From Phoronis australis (lineage: Eukaryota; Animalia; Phoronida): 64,000 bases of DNA. Below are positions 23,311-37,242 of the stretch, piece after piece. How positions within the stretch are numbered: position 1 is the stretch's first letter; each line of letters starts with the position of its first letter. The stretch spans positions 491,150 to 555,149 of the forward strand of contig NMRA01000239.1 in the NCBI GenBank assembly GCA_002633005.1. Direction: 5' to 3'. The translations under genes and the position numbers were made by a program. The notes below the pieces were generated by a model. It made no database searches and was not told the origin of the DNA. It saw only the letters and a list, made by a program, of their open reading frames with translations.

Positions 23311-25895
23311 CTTGTGCTTAAAGAGCTATAGGAAACTAGCACTTTTATGATTTTATATATTTTTAATGAAGCGAAAACAAAACAATAGTTTAGAAAGATA
23401 TAGCAATTTTTTGAGATTTTGTCTTGAGCTTTTATATCATTTGAAATTTTAGTGGTCACGTGGCTTTGCTATGAATGAACCTTTCTTTTTTGATAAATTG
23501 TCCTAAAAGCAAGATCAATTGGTCTAATTAGTAACAGATTGGAATGAAGACAAAAATCAAATTCTACAAAATATATATTTTTCAGAAAATGTATACATGT
23601 ACTTCTGCTGAGTTGAACTATTTACTGTACTAGATGTTTAGGTAAAATAATGAACAGAAATGTCAGTGAGGTAACTTTAAACGATTAAATCTGGTTGCAA
23701 ATGACAATGAAATGCATCCCGTCTTCAATTAAAGTTTGATTACATGATCTTTCACTTGATTTCAAGTACTTGAAAAACGCCCTTCCACCTCCTATGGCAA
23801 AATTCCTGACCTCAACTATGCTTAACACACATTTTTAGATACCATTGGGAAATACATAATTACTGACACAGGATTTTGATTTGAAAAATCACATAAAAAT
23901 GTAGTTTTGGTTTCAAACCAATGAAAACACTCCAAGCCTTTCCTCTTTAAAAAATCGTGAAAAACCAAAACAGTCGACGTTTTGCAATAAATGCGTGAAA
24001 CTTTTGAATCTGTGACAATTCATCTTTGATAGACGAGCTAAATTGTTATGTAAAGAAATGCCCTCGCTGCATAAAAATGTAGGTACTCTCAATAAAGGAT
24101 GAATGGCTTTACCGAGAACAAACCATTTCACACTGTGAGAAACATTCATAGGCGTATGAACTTGAAGCTTTGAAAAATCGAAAAGAAAACGGACAACTTT
24201 TGCGTTTTCAAGCAAAAAATTTTGGCAACTTTTTCTTAAATTGTCAATTGCCGGGACTTTTTAATTGATTGGGGCATTTTTAACGTTTCTCCCGAATCAG
24301 GTGCAGCTGTTGCATACAATTCAACACTGATTCAGTTGTGAGAATCTCCGTAACAAGTTGTTAATAGGGGTAAACTTAAAGTGGGGGTCGTAGCATCAGT
24401 TTTTCCGTTACAGCAGCCAAATAATGTTGAATTTCCATGGGTTATTGAAAATCCACTTTTAAACAAATTGGTGATTTCAATCATTTTCAAAGCATATTAT
24501 TTCCGTGGCACGATGTTGTTTTAGCTAAATCAACGTCACACATGAATTTGCCAGTTAACCCTAAAACGCGATAAAACCATGATCTCGTTTGCCCTTAAAA
24601 TTCCAATTTAGCGCGTCACCACAAATATAGTGTTTACATTTGTATTGATGCTTATTGTAATGTTTAGTGTGACTGCCTTGCAAAATTTGATAACGCGTGA
24701 TTAATGTAAACATTTCAAGCAAAATCAACATTTTTCAACTTCATGACATTTTAACCGAAGTAAAAAATAACAGTCAAATAGGTTATATGATCTGAGACAT
24801 TTCGGATATAGATACAACTATAAGTGTTCCTTGGCATTGAGTCAAATGTAGTTCATTTTCATCGTTGACCCACTCACCAAGTGACAACTGCCTCCTTGTT
24901 GCAACCACATTCGAAAATGATTAAATACATGGACAATAAAGGGAAAATTTGACGCGATCATTTGCGGCGTCAACATGCAGACGGTGAACATAAATTGAAC
25001 ATCTTTTTTAGGGACTTCCTACTCGTATCATTAATACTAAAAGAGCCCGTCGCATGCATGCACCCACCCTAAAATATAGGGGGTTCGAATTTTTGGACAT
25101 GAGGACTTTTTACTGAAAGAAATCAACGAGGACTAAAAAAAGAAAAAAAAAACGGGGCCACTAGGTTCAGGCCCACGGATTGTGCATCCGAGCCGTGGGT
25201 TTTATGGACTTTTGTCTCGTTTACTCGGACATTTTGTTTCACTGTGGCGGACCGATCGAGCCCCCCGAGCCCCCCCCCCTGGGTGCGCGGAAACCAAATG
25301 CGTTCAGAGACCTGTCATCTTATGTCTGCGACCAGTAAGTGTCGCAACACGGCACATTACCGCGCCGTGTGGTTCTTGCTGCCAAGGACAACAAAGATGT
25401 AGACATCTGTCATGCTGTTAAGTTTGCACAATACTTCATCGTGAATAAACCTGATAAGTCCACTCTCTTACATGGCCGGCGCACCATAAGAGGCTGGGGT
25501 CGGGTATAGCCTCACTTATTTCAGTGCGGCGCCGCCCACGGGCATGGGTCGCGCGTACCATAGGGAGCTGGGCGGGGGGGGGGCTATAGCCCCCAACTTA
25601 TTTCAGTGCTAAGCCACTCATGTCTTCGTAGTGATGCCTAAAAGTACCAGGCTGAAGGGCTGCTATTCTTGAATTGAAACGCGACCTCAGCAGCCAGATT
25701 AAACACTCAAGTTGGTTGTCATCTATTATAAAAAATGCATCGTTTGCACAAACTCCGTCTCCCCCATTCCACTACAGACCTTCATTGCGCCCCTTTCGGA
25801 ACAACCTTGGTCCCTGGTATTGGCCAGTTTTGTACTGGCCTTGGTGACGTCAGTCCGTCGGCTCAACGGCCTGGATGATGTCACTCCGTCGGCTT

Positions 25896-28098
25896 AATTT
25901 CACTCCCTCCGGCTTCCGTCGCGTATAAAATTCATCGGGCCTATCGCCGCCAAAATTAATGATGCCTCATTAAAAAAAATTTACTCTTCCTTGAGTAAAC
26001 TAAATTATTTACCCGGGTGTTGGAAAATTGGCGTTCTTCAGTTATTCTGATGCTAAAATTGCGATACGTTCTTTGGGCGCCATTGCGTCACCTATTGGCC
26101 AATTTCCATGTTCTTCAATGATCAACTGTGAGGTTGCGTACATGTCATTTCGTTACAAATTTCAAAACAAACTCTCGAGAGATATCGCAAAATTTTAGAA
26201 AATGGCGTGTACATGCGCGTGTCACGAGTATGCACTGTTTTCAAAACCACGACAGAAAGTTCCTTTATTAGTCAAAAAGCGGACGAATTGCGAAATATAA
26301 CGTTTATTAGATTTTTTTACTTCTATAAACGACTGTAACGGGCAAGGTGAGGATCAGTTCATTCCCAGATTCTGCATGCACCCCTGCAGGTTGTTAGCTC
26401 TAAGTTACACGACGATCGAGGTGACGAGCTGAGCACCCGGGTTGTGTGAAATTTCGGTGTCTAACGGAGCTCTACACACGGCTACCTCAGTCGCTGTATG
26501 TTGACCATAGTCTTCAAACAGCTAGCTGGCTTTCTACCTCAGTATGTACATTTATGATGCAACTTGGGTAAATACATCTATATACTGTACTGTGTGTAGG
26601 CCTACTATACAATATTTTAAATGCACTCTTTCACTTTGAAGAATATCTGATTAACGTACTTAAAAGTTGTGTTACGGCAGGGTCAAATGTTCTGCAAAGA
26701 AATTTGGTACTGCCTGGGTAAATTATCCCACCGCCGTAAACCTCAGTTGCCTTCTAAAATCTGACAGTGACAGAAATTCTGCCTGAAGCTTTGAACACAG
26801 TCTCTTCAAGAAAGTACATGTATTCCTGTCTCTTGCGATGAACACTAATGTTCACTCTTAGGTGTAGCTATTTCCCCTCGGCGTTTCCCACTAGCTCAGT
26901 GCTACCCGTGCGAAATTTCACTCCCTCCGGCTGCTGTCGCATATATAATTCATCGGGCCTGTCGCCCCCAAAATTAATGATCCCTCATTAAAAATTTTTT
27001 ACTCTTCCTTGAGTAAACTAAATTACCCGGGTGTTGGAAAATTGGCGTTCTTAAGTTATTCTGCTGCTAAAATTGCGATGCGCTCTTTGGGTGCCATTGC
27101 GTCACCTATCGGGCCAATTTCCATGCTCTTCAATCAACTGTGGAGGCTGTGTACATGTCATAACAATCGGAAGTGGTTTCATTTCGTTACAATTTTTTAC
27201 CATTTTAAAAACCAAAAAAAACACAATTTCAGAAAACACTCTCGAGAGATATCGCAAAGTTTTGGGAAATGGCGTGTACGCGCGCGTGTCACGAGATTGC
27301 ACTGCCGGCTCAAAACGACGGCAGATAGGATTTTCCTTTATTACAAAAGGCGGAGAATTACGAAAAAAAAAACGTTTATTAGATTTTGTTTACTTCTATA
27401 AATGGCTGTAACCGGCACTGTGGATGTCTATTCATTCCCAAATTCTGCATGCACCCCTGCAGGTTAATAGCTCTAAGTTTCACAACGAGGTGACGAGCTG
27501 AGCACCCGGGTTGACATTTCGTTGTCTAACGGAGCTCTACACACGGCTACCTAGCTGTATGTTCACGACATTGTTCATACAGCTAGCTGGCTTTCTACCT
27601 CAGTATGTGCAATTATGATGCAACTTTTGTAAATACATCCAGGGTCGGATCCAGGATTTTGAGTTGAGGGGGGCACGGGCAGAATTTTGCCCTTCAGACA
27701 TTCGTACCCCCGAAATGCCAAATGGAAGCTGGGAGAATTTCATGGGGGCCATGGCCCCCTTGGCCCCCCTCTAAATCCGCCACTGACATCTATTTACTTT
27801 GTGTACTATACAATATTTTAAATGCAATCATAGTTTTCATTTTAAACTGAAAAATATCTGTTTACCGTACTTTGTGTTACGGCAAGGTAATATGTTCTGC
27901 TTAGGGGAAGAATCCCAAAGCCGCACACCTTAATTGCCTACTAAAATCTGACAGGTGACAGAAATTCTGCTTGAAGCTTTAAACACGGTCTCTTCAAGAA
28001 GTATTCCTGTCTCTTGCGATGAAAACCCGATCGGTTCACTCTCAGGTGTACATGTAGCTATTTCCCCTCGGCGTTTCCCACTACCTGCTACCCGTGCT
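25896..28098 (+). repeat. Tandem duplication of a ~1.0-kb unit (25896-26910; 26914-28098)
   Basis: Both units start aatttcactccctccggct and end tagctatttcccctcggcgtttcccacta...gctacccgtgc; the second unit carries an extra MITE. Confidence 0.92.
27640..27785. mobile_element. MITE family B, 5-bp TSD acatc
   Basis: acatc at 27635-27639 and 27786-27790; the paralogous duplicate near 26575 has a single acatc and no insert. Confidence 0.92.
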
Positions 28099-30579
28099 TT
28101 TGCACGGGTAACGGCTAGTATTATTTAAATGTGACTGAGAGCGACTATTCTGAAAGTTATAATTATTATTAGTGTAAGATGTAGTTCACCCTTGGGAGCC
28201 TCCAGATAGTTTTGTGGCATCGTCTCAACTTTGAGTATTCGGATTCTAAGTTTGGTGCATTTGGGAAGAGTTTATTGGAGTTGAAATGGTTTTGTAATTA
28301 TCATTTTATTGATCCTTTTAGTAATTTGGCTGATGCTGTATTTGTTGCTTTCTTGCACAGTTTTATCTTGGTTACGTGGCCTCTATTCTTTGCACAAATT
28401 GTACTTGCGTACTTTCAATCAATTTCGAAGTTTCAATTGTCCATAAACTGAACGTTTTTCTGCGCAAAGTGAAATAGGATTCCCAAAACTGTCTACTTTG
28501 ACATACTGACGCATGACCAAAAAAACCTCGTACGTCACATGCTCTTCATCATCATTTTCTTAGTAGACGAACAATTTACTTAAACATAATAACCGGCAAT
28601 CAGAAGAACAGTTCGCAAAATGACGCCATTAAATCTTCGTCATCAGCAATAATTAACAATAATGTTCCAAATGTATTCCAATCATAAGTCTCGAAGATTT
28701 TAATATTGCGTAACAGGAACTAGGGCGGGTCACGGCTACATGCACATTTACGTACTTGTATAACCCACTGTCAGAAGCCGAGACAAGCTGACAAAGAAAG
28801 AAAGGAAGAAAAAAAGAAATAAGCGATCTACTCTACAATACCCGTTGAAACAATACATTAAACACACCCCGTGTCGTATCTGGTGACAGAACAATCAGTA
28901 CAGCTTGCGGTGTTACAATCACGGTGTGGTTACACCCTTTTCCTCTGGATATTTTAGAAACAAGTCTAGAATGTAGTATACTCTCTGGAACCCCGGTCTT
29001 AAGGTTACGCGCATGTAGGACCCTTAAACAATGTCCGATTTTGGCCAATTTTTGTCTCACAAATGGCTGATCATATTCACATGAAACTTTCGTAAACTAT
29101 GCTTTATATATTGCTCACTGAAACCGTTCTCGGAATTGACTTCAAAAACTTCCGCTAGGTATTGTCAACCATTAAAAGTTTATATTTTCTGAAAGGAAGA
29201 AGATGGATGATTCAAAAATATGCTTCTTACCACTGTATCTTTGGCATGTGACCACATTTTTTAGTCAGTTTTCATGTGCAAGAAAGGCACATTCATAGCA
29301 AAATAACCCCCAGCTGATTTTACTGAAACTTTTTTAAATGAAAACTTTACGTTATATCAACAGGAATTGAGAGCACTTTAATCAATCAATAAGTAAAATT
29401 TTCGTGGCTGAAATCTGGTGAAAACTGTTGAATCGCACAGAATAGCCACTAAAATATGTTATTAACAGACGAGTTTCAAAATCCGTACTCATGCCGCTTT
29501 CGTCCAACATGGCCGACCCGATCCAAAAAAGTGACCCAAATTTCGCAAAAATTGCAACAAAAACTACAATAACTTTGAAATCTCGGCTTAAACGGATTTT
29601 TGATTTTTGTTGAGTAGTATGCATCATCTTTCGGATGATTGTGTATTATATTTTCAAAACGAAAAAAATTTGGTTTGACCGCCCTTATTATAGAGTCCGC
29701 TTTGATGCTAGAGTTAAGGATCAAAACTAGTTACTGGTACGTGTCGAACTAGCGGCGAAATTGGTGAAAACGAGAAAGGTATTTTGTTTCCAGGCACCAA
29801 TACTTTCTGGCTCTAAAATTACAACATTTGAAATTAATAAATCTAACCAAAAACCAACCATGTTGCACATTTTTGAGGTAAATAATTTTAATTTTATCCA
29901 CTGTGTTAGTTTTGAACAAAAAAACTACTCTATTTGTCCCATTTGACCTTTTAGTCTAGTCAAAAAATCCGTTCGAAGATAACTGGTTCTGGCGTCGTAA
30001 CCAGTCATAACCAGTATCACACGCAGGCATCGACAACATTTTGTCAGGCAGTCATGTTCAGTCTCCGGCTGACCTGTTTTGTTATACGGCAGTGATGTTT
30101 TAGGAGTGTCGATTCCCTTATCTGGTACGTAAGTCCCAATTGATCCCCGTAGGTCTTGTTTTGTGTTGAGTCAGTCCGATTTGGAGGACCGGTGGTCATG
30201 TTTTGGGTCTGGCGACCATGTCGTTCCGTGTACATGTAATTAATTGACGTTTAAAATGTACACCAATGAAAATGAATATTAAATACCACGCAACATAGCA
30301 TGATATATCATAATGATAACTCTCTGCAGGTGTTGAACATTAGCTACTGCACATCATACTAACTCTTCAACCCACGTGTATGAAAAGGCGGCAAAGTCAT
30401 TGATACTGTGTGTATTAAAGAAGAATGACACCCGATTTAATTAGTCTTTTTTACCGGCTTAATCGGACTATATCCATATCGCCTCTTATACGGTCGACCT
30501 CACCTTGCCGAGAGGTGTCGCGTTAAGCTGTGAGGAAGGTGAGAAACGACTAAGCGACGTCAGTGATTCGTCTGCAGTT

Positions 30580-30917
30580 AATGCCGCTATATCATGGTGC
30601 ATCGTTCCGGATTGTCCTAACTATGAAGCTGCGAAGAAAGCGGGTATATCGTTTTTTCGACTTCCTCGAGAGCCCGAAATGCTTAGGAAGTGGCTCGCAG
30701 TACTGAAGAATGAAAGGTACGCTGTTCATAGCAAGTATGAGGCCGTGAAATATCTCCGTGTATTTCGTCGACAGTGATTTCTCTGACGAATTCCGGCTTA
30801 CCAAAGAACTATCGATACGTTCCGTTGTCTGTGCATGGTCACGGCACTTTTCTAGTATTTCTTGACCAGTGTATTCTTGTTCGAACTGATAGCCTGTGAA
30901 ACCTAACGGTCCGACCC
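30580..30917 (+). pseudogene. Degenerate THAP zinc-finger domain (probably transposase-derived)
   Basis: WCIVPDCPN...ISFFRLP...RKWL matches the THAP N-half. Removing a putative 58-nt GT-AG intron (30717-30774) continues in frame to VVCAWSRHF (CxxHF with 2 extra residues), and a KPNGPT remnant of the AVPT motif follows after stops. No start codon at the expected place. Confidence 0.7.
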
Positions 30918-33900
30918 GTGAAGTCTTCGTCGAATGAGCTCTTGATTACTGTAGTCGGGATTGGCGCCGGGCGAGTTGCCATATATTCTGCGTTCTGTTT
31001 CAAAATGAATCATTCTCATCCTAACCAAGGCTGATATAAAAGTGAAACAAAGTCTGTCTCATTAGATACAATTTGTAATGCCTTTGCAGTATTGGTGAGT
31101 GCCAATGTTGAGAAGCCAGCAATGAATAAACCACTGCGTTACCGGCATTTGATGCCGGCAGTAAAGGTAATTGACCGGGCACCCGAGGGCCATGTGAGCG
31201 CATGCTAATTCAGTGTTAGCTGACAGAAAGCTGTTGCGAAACAATTACTCGATTTTATAAGCTATGGTCACATGTTAGGGGAATCTTTATTTAAAAATAC
31301 AAATACATTATTCAAACCATTGTTAATGTACAACCTTTGCCCTGACGTTCTGTGGAAGGATAACCCGACTTCGCAACTCCCGACAAGTAAGTAGATTGTC
31401 ACACGTTGCCGTCCGGGAATATTGCGTCGACGGCATAATGACATACATACCTACATGTATTTGCCCGGGCGACAGTATTTCCGTCGAGTGAGACAACATC
31501 TCACTACAGATTTCAGTTATGCTTAACATCTTGCATTTGTAAGTCCATGGGAGATACATGTACCTCATCACACCGTGGACATGCGATTGGAGAACATTTA
31601 TTGCATTAAACAAAGACAAATTAAAAGAATAAAAGCAAGTTCACTGAGGCCGCAAAATAAGATTTCTAACCGTGAGAATTCTATGATTTAAGACATCTAG
31701 GGCTACAGTGTGTGTACGCCTTAGGTGTTAGAATAGTATAACAATGCTCTTAATTTTCATTGTGTGTACATGATTTACATTAAGCCCACCAGTCATCAAT
31801 GCCATTTCCCTATCGCATCTTCTGACACTTACCCTTTTTGCATGTGACTTTGAAAACCCTTTATGGTTTGAGTCAATCGACAGTACATATATGCTGTACT
31901 CCACAAACAACTGGACTTAAAAATAGACACTTTGGGGTCCGAACCGCTGCTCCATGGACTGTCGCTGTATTCCGCGCCCCGATGTAACTCAACCAGTGCT
32001 CCTAAGTTCCCCCGGCCATGATTTCCCCATACCAAGGTTCTCCTCGTGCTTTGTCTATTCATCGCGAGCCAATGTCATCTGGTGCAAATTAAAATTTAAG
32101 TTAAAATCGATGCATTTCCGATTTTTTGGCCTGTTTCTCTTTTTTAATTTCTGGAATGGAAATATTGATAGAACTGTTTCTCCGTTGATCAAAGCTCCGG
32201 AAAATAACGATGGAGCTTGACGTGGTGAGCTAGGTGGCTGATTCCCTGGAGAATTTGAGCTAAGTCGGTATTGAGAGAAGGTAGAGTCGAGAACGCTGCG
32301 AGCAGACAGCTGTGTAACTAAAAACAATAATATTTTAGTTCTCAATGTAAATAGACTGCATGCATTCATACTTTTGCCCGAGTTTGTTGGGGACGTTATG
32401 TCGGCAATTGGTCTATTTCTGATGACCCAGATTAAAATAAAAAACACCTGAAAATAGCAGCCGGCAGAATCTTCATCGGTAAATCTTGCTGAAATTTTAT
32501 AGTTTTTCAAAGCAGTAACTCTGCTATCTCAGGAATGGCACCTTCAATGAGTGTTGTAGGTAGACCAATCAACTCAGCTGTCGTACATACACTGTACGTA
32601 TTTACTCCATCAGGAGATTGTACTCCAACCATGGAATACGGTCTCTACCATTGAATACGGATTGGCTCTACTTTCCCGTATTCAGTGACGTACTTGATGG
32701 CACATTCCATGGCCGTGTTTACACATATATGGGATAAATATAGGTTATTCTACATGCATAGGAATAGTAGTGCCATATCTAATCAAGAATTCATTTCATC
32801 TGGGAATTTCCCAACGAGATCGAAATTTACCCCATATGTATGTATGAACTTATTTACTGTACATCATCGCGGCAATACCTTGTTGCCGTGTGCTCCAGCT
32901 TGGAGTTATATATCACGTCATATGTATGCCAAGCACTGTACCCAAGCCCGTTTGCGACAAGATTATCTGTGAAAATGTTGAAAAAGTTTTATTTCATAAT
33001 AAATTGATAACAATTTTAAGTTCGTCGGAAAATTAACAATCTATTCGCAAATGTAAAAATTGAAACATTCCCCGAATACTGAGTTGTGCGGCAATGCGTC
33101 GTTTTAGCTTCGGTGGATTTCTTAGTATTCTTGTTCTAATTTCGTGTCTTAGTTTTTGGACTGTAAATGGTAATTGAAATATTTCCCCATGTTGATCACA
33201 GCATTGGAAACTAACGGTAGGAAACAATGCTGATTTGGAGAAGTTGAGATAAGGAATGTAACCTATCGCAAAAAGCAGATTTTACGCTACGACCGGCAGC
33301 GACGGAGAGTTGAGGAAACCTACAAGCAGACGATTGTCTCAGTAAAAGAACAAACTCAATATTAGGTCGCAGTTTCCTGTAGAGATCTTAGCTCTCAGTG
33401 TAGATATGCTGTATGCACCCAAAACGAAACGTTTTCGTTAGTTTAGAATTAGATTTGGCTTATTTTGTTGACCGTGGATGCTATTTAGCTTGACCTATTT
33501 ATGATGACTCATATTGAAACTTCAGCGAGGCCTAAAATAGCCGCCAGATCACCGTGCGCCGGAATTTTCGCCAGTAAATAGATTGTACTAAACCCTCTCG
33601 ACCCACGACCCCCTCGAAATTACCGTGAGTTTTGGCGGTTCCTCGCACTCTACATTTCACTGACCAGCAGACGAGACGATTACACTCTGCAAGGAACGAT
33701 ATTTGTAAGGTTGGTAGGTTTTTGAGTTGATGTGGTCGCGTTGTTTTTGTTTTTTTTGTTTTTGGCTTTCAAACTTGCCAAATCGACTGCCTTAATTTCA
33801 AAAATAGGGAAAAGCTTGCCGAGCTCACGGACCAACTCATTGGTCCTACAAGTCAGCGCTTCTTCTAGCTTCAGATCTACTGATCAATCCCACTAGCCTT

Positions 33901-36900
33901 TGCGCCCCCTAATTTCCGGACATGCGCAATCGTTAAATCGCTTCGCTTGCAACTCCGCTATTGGATTACTGTCAGTGGCTTTACTTGATTAATGGGCTCC
34001 TGCTATAGCTCATTACTTTAATATATCAGCCGTTCTGTGAATTTTCAGATTTTAGTTCCATCGTTATTTGTTATTGCTTCGTAGTTAAGAACACTTCTTC
34101 TAAACTATGCCCCTGCGCTCATGTATATATGAATTTGACTTGCCACTCAACAGGTGCACATAGCAATCAAATATGAAACCTGACCAAATAAGTGAAGTTT
34201 CATTCTTACTTGATACGTGACGCATAAGTGAACGAGCTAAACGTTCAAAATAATAAAGCCATTTTGAGACGCTTCCGCAATCCTTCTAACTACATCATCA
34301 AAGGAAATCAAAAGTTACAGCGTTTCCATTTAAGACTAGTAACAATCAATTTTACTTACATACGACAACAATATAGGTGCCTAGAACCTGATCCTCCCAT
34401 CGCCTCAACTTTGAGTCGTGTATCGTCTCATTTACACCAGGTATAGCTATCATTTCCAGTCAGTGCACCATTGCCCAATGCACGCGTCGTTCTGTTGACA
34501 ACTGTTTTAAGTACTGTTCGGATTTCCACGAACCCACTCGTCAGAATGACATTAGCTCATGCGCAATCGCCGAGAGTTGGTGACTAGACAAGTAAAATGT
34601 CGCTAGGTAAAATAGAAACCTAGTGCATTTCTAATCTGGCTTACATTTTCCAAATTATTGCAGTGTACCTCACCTTTGGTATTTGGAATCATGCCCAATG
34701 AAGCAAAAGATAGTCACAGGGTGGACTTGTCACCAATTAACGTGCGCGAACCCAGGGGTGGGGGTGGGGGGCTCTCGGGGGCTCGAAGGAGTGGGCAAAA
34801 AGGTCCGCCCAGAGAAACAAGAAGTCCGAGAAAACGAGACAAAAAGTTCAATAAAAAGGCGCAAACGCACAGTTCACAGTTCTGAAGGTGGTACTCCGTT
34901 TTTTTTTGTCCCGCCGCTTATTTCTCGGCAAAAGGTTCACTTCGTCAGCCATTCGAGCCCCCCATATTAAAGGCTGGCTGCGCGCATGCTTAATGGGTCC
35001 ATTTACGTGGCCCAATTCACAATATCCTTTGCCACTGACCTCTCATGAGAGGGCAAGTCGTACTCTACGTCGATAGTGGGCCAGGGGATAGTTGAAGGGG
35101 TGTCCCTGCTTCTTGTGAACTAATCATGCAAAATACATACTCAGTCAACTGTTTTTCCAATCAACAAATGCAATTGAAAGCACGGCGTTTTTAGTATCGT
35201 TCAGCATCGAAATTTATCATTGAAAAAAATCGATTCACAATTGATACTTTGTTTACATTAGCAATGAAAGCTTTGTCTGGTTACGTGGTATTGTTCCGCG
35301 GTCGTCAGAATCGTAATTTGTCACGCTCACATAATTTCAACGAACGTGAGGACATGGAATAGAGAAAGGAATCAATCTTGGTCACTCAATTGTTGCTTCA
35401 TTACTGCGGCACATAACGTGAAATGATCGTGATAGAATCCCAGGGGTTACAGGGACTATAAACTTGACACGCTTTTATCAGCGATTTCTATAGTTCATAA
35501 CCTACTCGGCTGTGGGGGCAATAAACATTATAATTACGTCTGATCTGGCAATGGAACTACTTTTAAGTGAATGGTGAGATGCCTTGAACGTCAACACAAC
35601 ATTCATATATGAAACTTTTTTCGGCGGCCAAATTTACGATTCCGTAACACCGCGCGACGTTAAGTTTATTGTTATAGTTAACCCAATATTTACAGAATTA
35701 AAAGGTTCAGGAAAAGCACAATCGAGTCGCATGATAACGTACCTGTCTTTTATAACGCTCGATCGCATCAATATACTCTTTGTACCATCCGTTTTTAACG
35801 AATACGGATAGAGAACTTGTGACACATGCGTGTTTGTGAACGGTATAACTATGTTGCGGTCGAACCGCTTTTCAGCATTGATTGTAATGTGGTGGTCTTA
35901 AAAACTTAACTATTAATTCTCGAGGAAAATAGATGGAATTTTGAAGGAAAAACTTTCTGTAAATTTTCTACAATTTTAGTGTCATTGTTCGTCCAACTTT
36001 ATTCCGGATTTTCGCCATGACTTCCTACAAAAATCGTTAGCACTTGAAATTGGCGTCAGTTTTCGTCCGATTTTCATCAGGATTTTCGCTTTACGACAAA
36101 AATGTATGCGCTTCAACACGCTCTCACTTTGAAACGGCAAAAAAGACAAAACTTTACATATCACACATGTGCTCACGACACCCACGAGAACGGATTACTT
36201 AGAATACCGTTGCACTGCACAAACTATACCGTTGCGGATTAAAAAATTTGTGAAATTTTTTACTTTCTCAGGAATTTGAACACAGTTTTGCTGATATTCT
36301 ACGCTATTTTCTGTGTACTTACTTTGAAATTATAAATGTAAACTGAATTCTTAACGGATATAAAATTCAAAACAAAGGAAACTACTTTACCGCGTAGTAA
36401 TACTAAAAGTTACTTCAAACTCGGCTGATCTGCCCGAAGCAAGCTCAGTCAAAACTTCACCGATACTTACGGAGAGAGCAAGTACAGAGATCAAATCTTT
36501 ATGAAAATTTCGAATCTCCTGTTAGTTTAAATCCACCAGAAGAGCAAAAAATGAAAACAGACGTGTTTTTTCGTAAGGCAACTCTTATCTTAACGCCATC
36601 AGCTAATGTGTATTAGCGTGAAATGGCCATACAAAGGCATGTAGTTTACTCAGGAATTTCGACAGACCCGAAAAAGAGGCCGGTCTATCACAACCGAAAC
36701 ACCTTATGAACTTTAACCATTGAACTTTTTTGCTAGAAAAACTGCCGGAGAAGAGCCAACTAACTTGTGACGAGTAGGGAACAGTTATCATCTTGAAACC
36801 AGTATTTCTTGTCAGTGCTCCGGGAATTTGGGTACACGAGATCTCACGTCATATTCAACAAGGGAGCAATAGCTAAATGTCAAGCACGAATGATATAAAA

Positions 36901-36989
36901 GACGACTTGTCAATTACTACATAATTACACGGCTGATGAAAGTCAAGGCGCTATTACTAATCTATATACGTGATACGTCGTTTATTAAT

Positions 36990-37155
36990 ACATAGCCGCG
37001 GAGTTAGAACTACTACTGAATATAAATTTCCCCGCCAATATCCGCAATCGTTTAGAAAATTTATAATTATTGCCGGTTTGCTTTCGTGGAATAGTTTACC
37101 ACTGAAATTTAAAGTAGTTCAATCAAGGTCAATGTTAAAATATCGCGTGAGGTAA
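36990..37155 (+). mobile_element. Degenerate 3' end of a non-LTR retrotransposon ORF2 (CR1/L2-type)
   Basis: AGLLSWNSLPLKFKVVQSRSMLKYRVR resembles the WNSLP..IK...S...FK..L C-terminal motif. Confidence 0.55.
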
Positions 37156-37242
37156 GATATGAGAACGGCCCCAGAAATTGCCTTCGCGTTATATTCAGGC
37201 TCTCATTCACTCCGTTGTAACTATGCATTCAATAGTGCGACC

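Noticed and set aside
27009-27411. Overlapping 130/112-aa plus-strand ORFs
   Set aside because: Frames are broken by indels and stops in the tandem duplicate at 25990-26340
32055-32510. 151-aa minus-strand ORF with a weak signal-peptide-like segment and a KR site (possible neuropeptide precursor)
   Set aside because: Short hydrophobic core, no repeated peptides or amidation sites, no recognisable family; consistent with a chance ORF
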